DNA from: an uncultured Gammaproteobacteria bacterium
GTDB lineage: Bacteria > Patescibacteriota > Microgenomatia > CAYQLK01
Length of the DNA stretch: 64,000 nucleotides
NCBI GenBank assembly: GCA_964404855.1
Contig: CAYOLO010000001.1
Location: 530,736 to 594,735 of the forward strand
Reading direction: 5' to 3'
Below, piece after piece: positions 19,700 to 25,552 of the stretch (positions are counted from its first letter, which is position 1; each line of letters opens with the position of its first letter). Under the pieces are notes generated by a model that saw only the letters and a program-made list of their open reading frames with translations, did not search any database and was not told where the DNA came from. The position numbers were made by a program, and so were the translations under genes.

Positions 19700-20530
19700 C
19701 TATTTTTTGGCTTTACGAACAAACTCTTTTGCTTTTTTTCTAACCAGCCGATTTTGCCAAGGAAATAAATTAGGCTCAATTTCCTTATTAGAAACAGTAC
19801 CTTCTTTTAATGCTGTGCCGACAATAATGACGTCAGCATATTTTTTAAGTTCCGTAATGTTGATTTTGTCTGCACCACTGCCGACAATTATTGGCACTTT
19901 GGTTGTTTGGCGAGCTGATTCTAAATCATTTGTTAATGGTCGATCCCCTGTCCACTTGCCAGTGATAATTATTCCATCACTTCCCTCCTTTTCTGCTTCT
20001 TGGACGGCTTCTGAAAGAGGTCGCGGATTTAATAAAGTTGAGTGCTTGACTTGAACATCAGTAAAAAGGCAGATTTCTGTGGCATTATGATCAGCTTGGT
20101 ATTTTTTGATAGCTTTATGATTGGGATGAATAGTGAAACCGTACATGGTTTCGATTTTATCAACAAAAACAGGTATTCTTACAAAATCTAAATTTTGCTC
20201 ACTCGCAATATCAATGGCAGTTTTGTAGTCATTCCACAACACACATAATCCAATTGGTAAATAAGTAACTGTTTTAATTTTTTTGATTACTGCATTTAGC
20301 TGCTTCTTTGCCTTATCAGGAATAAATTCTGTATGAGGAATATCATAATTATTTTCGATTAAAATAGCATCAAAACCGGCTTCATTTAATACTAAAATAT
20401 CTTCTATGGCTAGCTTGGTAATTGTGTTTAATCCTGGGGAGTTGTCATAACCAATTAGTGGTGCAAGATGAACCATCCCAATTATATATGGGTGTTGTTT
20501 TTTAATTGAGTCTAAGAGTTTGTTCTTCAC
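19700..20530 (-). CDS. BtpA/SgcQ-family TIM-barrel protein
   Basis: IIGMVHL.PL, DAILIEN..D.P, VLWND, DVQVKH, IIITG..TG, IIVGSG, IIVGT.LK. Confidence 0.88.
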   Translation of the reverse strand: MKNKLLDSIKKQHPYIIGMVHLAPLIGYDNSPGLNTITKLAIEDILVLNEAGFDAILIENNYDIPHTEFIPDKAKKQLNAVIKKIKTVTYLPIGLCVLWNDYKTAIDIASEQNLDFVRIPVFVDKIETMYGFTIHPNHKAIKKYQADHNATEICLFTDVQVKHSTLLNPRPLSEAVQEAEKEGSDGIIITGKWTGDRPLTNDLESARQTTKVPIIVGSGADKINITELKKYADVIIVGTALKEGTVSNKEIEPNLFPWQNRLVRKKAKEFVRKAKK

Positions 20531-20726
20531 GCCCTAAATTATAGCAGTATGATTTCTCAATGATTGTTTTACTGGACAAGTTCATTGAGTTTTATGTGTT
20601 ATTATGAGCTACAAAATTAAGGAAATTTAGGGATGGTGTAATTGAGTCGGAAATGAACTTTAAAACAAATGATCCACAGTGGAATTAATTGCCGCCAAGT
20701 GAAGATGTTAGGTTAAGGAGAAGGAC

Positions 20727-21296
20727 TTGATAAAGGTTATTATGTTTGATTGGTTTGGAGTGTTGTGCTCTAAGGTTTTTCAAGACTGGGTAGATCAAAA
20801 TACTTTGGATCCGGAGGGGCTTCGGAAGTTGCGGAATCTGGCCGATCAATTGGATTTAGGTCGAATCAGTCTGGATGCCTTTTATGATTCGATTGGTACA
20901 GTCGTAAACAAATCGGGTTCGCAATGCGGAACCGAGCTCTACTCGATGGTTCGAATCGATGGGGAAATGAGCGAGATAGTTAGGCAATTGCGTAAGCAAT
21001 ATGTCGTTTCTGTTTTGTCTAATATCCATGAAGAATTCTTGGCTAGACTTCTTTCTGATCACCCAGACATTAATCCCGATGTGGTTATGACCAGTTCAGA
21101 GCTTGGAGCTCTTAAACCAGATCCGCTGATTTTTGAGCGGGCATGTGAGAGGCTCCGGGTTAGTGCCGGCGACATTCTATTTGTTGACGATTCGGAGCTT
21201 AATGTCTCAGCAGCCAGACGAGTAGGATTGTTGGGCATCCTTTTTACTACTCCGTCTGAGTTAAGGGCTGAACTAAAAATTAAAGGAGTACTTTAG
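20727..21296 (+). CDS. HAD-superfamily phosphatase (YihX-like)
   Basis: MFDWFGVL motif I, LSN, KPDPLIF, FVDD..NV. SD AAGGAG upstream. Confidence 0.85.
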   Translation: MIKVIMFDWFGVLCSKVFQDWVDQNTLDPEGLRKLRNLADQLDLGRISLDAFYDSIGTVVNKSGSQCGTELYSMVRIDGEMSEIVRQLRKQYVVSVLSNIHEEFLARLLSDHPDINPDVVMTSSELGALKPDPLIFERACERLRVSAGDILFVDDSELNVSAARRVGLLGILFTTPSELRAELKIKGVL

Positions 21297-21315
21297 CAAA
21301 AAGATGACGAAGTTA

Positions 21316-21347
21316 AGGCGTCCACAAACAAGTGGGCGTCTTTTTTT
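21316..21347 (+). terminator. Intrinsic terminator after the HAD gene
   Basis: AGGCGTCCAC/GTGGGCGTCT stem plus T-run. Confidence 0.75.
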
Positions 21348-21499
21348 AGCTTTTTTCTAATCCTTTTTAGAGAATAGCTTATAATTTTAAAATCACAATA
21401 TTATTGACAAACTATTCCAAGTATGCTAAATATGTTCCTCAAGAAGAAAGAAAGGATTGTTGGGACAGCTAGTCTAGTGACACGAAAGTGTCCAAAGGT

Positions 21500-21573
21500 G
21501 CAAGTGTGGTCCAATGGAAGGGTGTCGGTCTCCAAAACCGAAGATAGGGGTTCGATTCCCCTCACTTGTGCCA
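21500..21573 (+). tRNA. tRNA-Trp (CCA), CCA end encoded
   Basis: Full cloverleaf: GCAAGTG/CACTTGT acceptor, TCGGT-CTCCAAA-ACCGA anticodon arm, GGTTCGATTCC T arm, discriminator G. Confidence 0.95.
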
Positions 21574-21650
21574 AAACACATAAGCGTTCGAGTCTGTCGA
21601 GCCAACAACGAAGCGGGAGTTATAGCAACTACCTATTTGACCTTCTGAGC

Positions 21651-21686
21651 GCCCAGTAGTTGATTTCAACTGCTGGGCATTTTTTT
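21651..21686 (+). terminator. Intrinsic terminator or attenuator between tRNA-Trp and trpS
   Basis: GCCCAGTAGTTGA/TCAACTGCTGGGC stem, then A and T7. Confidence 0.85.
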
Positions 21687-21738
21687 AGCTCTTTAACACC
21701 ACCAACAACAAATTCAAAATTGCAAAGGACAAGGAAAG

Positions 21739-23271
21739 ATGATCAATCTAGGCGTGGAACCGATGCCGTTGGAGCTCGCTCGTTTAAGGCTAGATGGTCT
21801 TGACGGCGAGATTATTACGCTAGTCGCTGCTCGACTGAAAATGGTGCAGCGTGACAGCGTTTTTCTGCAGAAGCAGATACAAGATCTGGTTAATTTGGGC
21901 ATGAGCCCAGGTTTTGCAGAAGCCTATTATCGTCTTCTGACGGAAGAAGGATTGAGGTCTCAGTTCGAGACACAGGACGTTGGGCAACTGGACGAGGTTT
22001 TTCAGCTCAACGAAATCGACCGCCAGCTTCTGGCTTTGGTTGTGGAGAGGATGGATATTTCCATCGCTTTAACCAAGACCAAACTGAACAACAACATCGC
22101 CATCGTTCATCCTGAACGGGAAGAGGCAGTTCTTCAAGGTCGTGCAGAGAAAGCTCAGAATCTGGGAGTTAACGCTGACTTCACGAAACGTTTGTTCCGC
22201 CTCCTCATGGATGAGGGTGTGCGAATACAACGGGAAGTGTGGCAAACGTCAACCCTCAAAAAAAGGATTCTGACGGGAGTACGTCCAACTGGACCGCTGC
22301 ACCTTGGTCATTATGTCGGTGCTCTGAAAAGTTGGCTTGAGTTTCAAGAGACTTACGAGTGTCTTTTTCTCATCGCTGACTATCAGGCACTGGGAAGCCA
22401 CATCGATAAGCCGGAGCTGATCCGAGACTCTGTCTTCCAGGTCACACTTGACTGGTTGGCTGTCGGTCTCGATCCCAACGCGTCGTCGTTCTTTGTTCAG
22501 AGCTACATTCCGGAGCATGCTGAGCTTGCACTGCTGCTTAGTATGCTGATTCCCTGGAAACGGCATATTGGCAACCCGACACTCAAAAGCGAAATGGCAG
22601 ACATGGAGTCTGAACATAACGCCATGAGTCTCGGATTCGTCAATTATCCCGCTAGTCAAGCGGCCGATATTCTTCTAATGAAGGGCGATCTGGTCCCTGT
22701 AGGTGAGGATCAGCGTCCGCACATCGAGGAAACTCGGCGAGTGGCACGGGAATTCAATCGACGGTACGGCGAAAACCGTACTATCTTTCCAGTTCCGAGA
22801 ATTTACACTGGAGAAGTATCGCGATTGGTGGGTCTGGATGGTGATGCGAAGATGAGCAAAAGCAAGGGCAACACCATTGATTTGCGTGATGACCCTGAAA
22901 CAGTTCGAAAGGCCGTAATGCGGATGTTCACCGACTCAACCCGTCTCCGCGCGACCGATCCTGGTCACGTGGAGGGAAATCCAGTCTTCATCTACCACGA
23001 TATCTTCAATCCTGACGTGGATGAAGTTGCAGACTTGAAGGCGCGCTATGTTCTCGGCAAGGTCGGCGATGTTGAGGTGAAGGTCAAATTGGCTAAAGCC
23101 CTCAACCAGATGCTCGATCCTATCCGCGAGCGGCGTGCGTACTTCGAGGCGCATCCAACACAAGTAAAGGATGCGCTGATTGCAGGCACAGATCGGGCAA
23201 GGAAAATTGCCGAAGAAACAATGAGAGAGGTTCGCGAAGCGATGCGCATCACGCGCTACGCCGAAGGTTAA
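21739..23271 (+). CDS. trpS: Tryptophanyl-tRNA synthetase with N-terminal tandem chorismate-mutase (AroQ) domains
   Basis: TGVRPTG-LHLGHYVG (HIGH), ADYQA, QAADIL, VPVGEDQ, KMSKS. Residues ~11-164 hold two AroQ-like repeats. Confidence 0.93.
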   Translation: MINLGVEPMPLELARLRLDGLDGEIITLVAARLKMVQRDSVFLQKQIQDLVNLGMSPGFAEAYYRLLTEEGLRSQFETQDVGQLDEVFQLNEIDRQLLALVVERMDISIALTKTKLNNNIAIVHPEREEAVLQGRAEKAQNLGVNADFTKRLFRLLMDEGVRIQREVWQTSTLKKRILTGVRPTGPLHLGHYVGALKSWLEFQETYECLFLIADYQALGSHIDKPELIRDSVFQVTLDWLAVGLDPNASSFFVQSYIPEHAELALLLSMLIPWKRHIGNPTLKSEMADMESEHNAMSLGFVNYPASQAADILLMKGDLVPVGEDQRPHIEETRRVAREFNRRYGENRTIFPVPRIYTGEVSRLVGLDGDAKMSKSKGNTIDLRDDPETVRKAVMRMFTDSTRLRATDPGHVEGNPVFIYHDIFNPDVDEVADLKARYVLGKVGDVEVKVKLAKALNQMLDPIRERRAYFEAHPTQVKDALIAGTDRARKIAEETMREVREAMRITRYAEG

Positions 23272-23289
23272 CCCTGACTCAATCGCTCT

Positions 23290-23330
23290 AGGGCCACAAG
23301 TAGCAGTGATGTGATTTTGTGGCCCTTTTT
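23290..23330 (+). terminator. Terminator-like hairpin between trpS and the EamA gene
   Basis: AGGGCCACAAG/TTTGTGGCCCT stem plus T5. Confidence 0.65.
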
Positions 23331-23346
23331 CTTGAAAGGAAAAACG

Positions 23347-24390
23347 GTGAAAAAATCCATAGGGGGATGGCTCAATTCAGTAGCGGTTTTGGCGGTAATA
23401 TCCGGATTCGCTGCCGGTATTTACAGCTTGTCTGACACCCATGTGGTTGTCAGGTATTTCACTGACTCGACAGACAAAACAATCGGGTCATTGATCTACG
23501 TCGTCGTCGGTTCTTGGATCGGCTGTCTCTTATTTTTGCCTCAAGGGCAATTTCTGGGGCGCTGGCTAAGCCGTGATCAATTCCAGGGATGGCAAAGGCC
23601 TCTCGGAAGGGATTGGTTGTATGTTTGTGGCGCTGGTTTTACCGGAGCCGGAGCAACCTTTTTCTATCTTTTAGGTTTGAGCCGCTATGGCCCATCGCGA
23701 GTAGTGGTACTTTCCTCTGCGGTGCTGGTCTTGCTGCTCATGCTTGATTTTGTTAGGAGGAGGATAGATCTGTCCATGACTTTTCCAGCCTCAATCGTTT
23801 TCTTGGGAATACTATTGTCGAGTATTAACTTCGAGGATGGTATCAAGATCTCGGTAGGGCTGATTCTAATCGTGCTGATTGCACATAACTTTCTGTACGT
23901 GATCTCTATTTGGTTTTTCCAGGCTGGATCACGACGAATGGACTCAATCAATTTCACCTTCTGGCGATTTCTGTCTTTCGCAGTCTTTGCCACAGTCTTT
24001 GTCGTAATTTGGGTCGTTGTCGCCGGTAAGGTTGGAATTTTCCAGGATGTTCTTTTTGGGGGATTTACCGGTGCGCTGCCCTTTATTCTTTTTACTATGA
24101 TCTTTGGGTTCCTTGAGGTTGTCTTAGAATCTCAAGCTCGAAGAGACGGTGGAAAGATGTCAATGGTGAGCTTTCTAAAGCAGAGTGCCATCATTCCGGC
24201 GATGTTTTTGACCTACCTGTTGAACTGGATCTGGGTGGGGTCCCTCGGTGACGTTGCAACTGATACTCAATCGGTTGTGATCAGAGTCGGTGCAGCAGCG
24301 ATTGTTCTCTTGGGACTTTACCTCTTGACCAGACGAAAGCTGGTTGAGGAGCAGGAAATAGAAAGCGAGGAGATATTAGTCGTCGTTTAG
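23347..24390 (+). CDS. 10-TM membrane protein, probable EamA/DMT transporter
   Basis: Two 5-helix halves with DMT-like FFYLLGL..YGPSRVVVL and GAAAIVLLGLYL. SD GAAAGGA precedes GTG 23347. Confidence 0.65.
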   Translation: MKKSIGGWLNSVAVLAVISGFAAGIYSLSDTHVVVRYFTDSTDKTIGSLIYVVVGSWIGCLLFLPQGQFLGRWLSRDQFQGWQRPLGRDWLYVCGAGFTGAGATFFYLLGLSRYGPSRVVVLSSAVLVLLLMLDFVRRRIDLSMTFPASIVFLGILLSSINFEDGIKISVGLILIVLIAHNFLYVISIWFFQAGSRRMDSINFTFWRFLSFAVFATVFVVIWVVVAGKVGIFQDVLFGGFTGALPFILFTMIFGFLEVVLESQARRDGGKMSMVSFLKQSAIIPAMFLTYLLNWIWVGSLGDVATDTQSVVIRVGAAAIVLLGLYLLTRRKLVEEQEIESEEILVVV

Positions 24391-24395
24391 TGTCT

Positions 24396-24425
24396 GGGGA
24401 ATGCATAAAGCATTCCCCTTTTTTT
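24396..24425 (+). terminator. Intrinsic terminator
   Basis: GGGGAATGC/GCATTCCCC stem plus T7. Confidence 0.85.
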
Positions 24426-24507
24426 ATGAAAAAAAATAAATTTTGAAGTAAAATATGCAAAATAAACAAGGCTTGTTATTAAAAGTTGTAATTTGAAATA
24501 TCTTCAG

Positions 24508-25230
24508 ATGATTGTCGTTCAAAAACAAGATAAAAAAATTTCAGTATTCTCAACATATTCGACTGATAAAATAATTAAAGATGGTCGAGTAACCACAAAT
24601 ACTGGTGGGCCTCTATTTTTTATCGAAAAGGCTCTAGAAAATTGCAGCGTTCCGTATGTTTCGCACCATGGAGAGACAGTAAATGTTGAGATTAAGGTAA
24701 ATAAAGATGGAGAGGTTGGTCGTGTAATTGGTATACAAAATAAAACTAAAAAAGTGGAAGACTTAAATGCCAAATTTCTTCTGATATCAACAATTTTTAA
24801 TGAATGGAATCTGCAAAAAATCGGCAAATCGAAAGCTAAAATTTTTGTGGATATACAAGGGTTTGTTAGGGGTGTTAATAAATTTGGGGCTAAAGTAGTA
24901 TGGGAAGACAGTATCAAATACTCTAAGCAAGTATATTGTCTAAAAGGAACAGAGGAGGAAATGAATTATTTGCCTAAAAATGTTTATGAAGACCAAAAAA
25001 ATCGCTTACTTGTAATAACTAAAGGTAAAAAAGGGGTTGAATGGTATTTAAAAGGAAAAAAATATTTAGCACTGATACCAAGAGAAATAAAATCTCCAAA
25101 TGCTGTGGGGGCGGGAGATACTTTTTTTGGGTATTTTGTGGCAAATATTTACAAAGGCAAAGGAATAAAATTTTCGATAGATAATGCTATAAGTAAAACT
25201 TCAGAATTTTTGGAGTCGAAAAATTATTAA
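24508..25230 (+). CDS. PfkB/ribokinase-family carbohydrate kinase
   Basis: GGP, VDIQGFVR, VITKGKKG, anion-hole motif AVGAGDTF. Start uncertain (24493 or 24508). Confidence 0.8.
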   Translation: MIVVQKQDKKISVFSTYSTDKIIKDGRVTTNTGGPLFFIEKALENCSVPYVSHHGETVNVEIKVNKDGEVGRVIGIQNKTKKVEDLNAKFLLISTIFNEWNLQKIGKSKAKIFVDIQGFVRGVNKFGAKVVWEDSIKYSKQVYCLKGTEEEMNYLPKNVYEDQKNRLLVITKGKKGVEWYLKGKKYLALIPREIKSPNAVGAGDTFFGYFVANIYKGKGIKFSIDNAISKTSEFLESKNY

Positions 25231-25245
25231 CCTATATTAACTAGT

Positions 25246-25423
25246 TGCGGGACTAGTGTGACATATGAATTTTAATTTAAATTCATAGATTTTTGGCGTC
25301 AAATTATCGTAATCGAAGTTACGATAATTGCCAAAAAGAGCGAACCTTGCGGTTCTTGCTGGTCACAATATTTTCTGCGCTCGGCAATTTATTGCCAAGC
25401 ACAGATAAATGCTGCGGGACTAG
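25246..25423. repeat. 11-bp direct repeat of the tRNA-Gln 3' end enclosing a highly structured insert
   Basis: TGCGGGACTAG at 25246-25256 and at 25413-25423. Confidence 0.7.
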
Positions 25424-25482
25424 GACTCGAACCTAGAAAATCGCCTTCAAAGGGCGGTGTGATACCATTTCACCATCCCGCA
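25412..25482 (-). tRNA. tRNA-Gln (TTG), CCA not encoded
   Basis: Reverse complement TGCGGGA...CCGCC-CTTTGAA-GGCGA...GGTTCGAGTCC...TCCCGCA-G. Confidence 0.92.
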
Positions 25483-25552
25483 AAGGATGTTGGCTAAAAA
25501 ATAGCCTGCTGATTATATTTTATAAAACACTTTTTTCCAACCAATAGAACAA

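Noticed and set aside
21423-21659. 78-aa ORF as a Trp leader peptide
   Set aside because: It runs through the tRNA gene, has a single Trp codon far from the switch and no SD, and starts inside the likely promoter.
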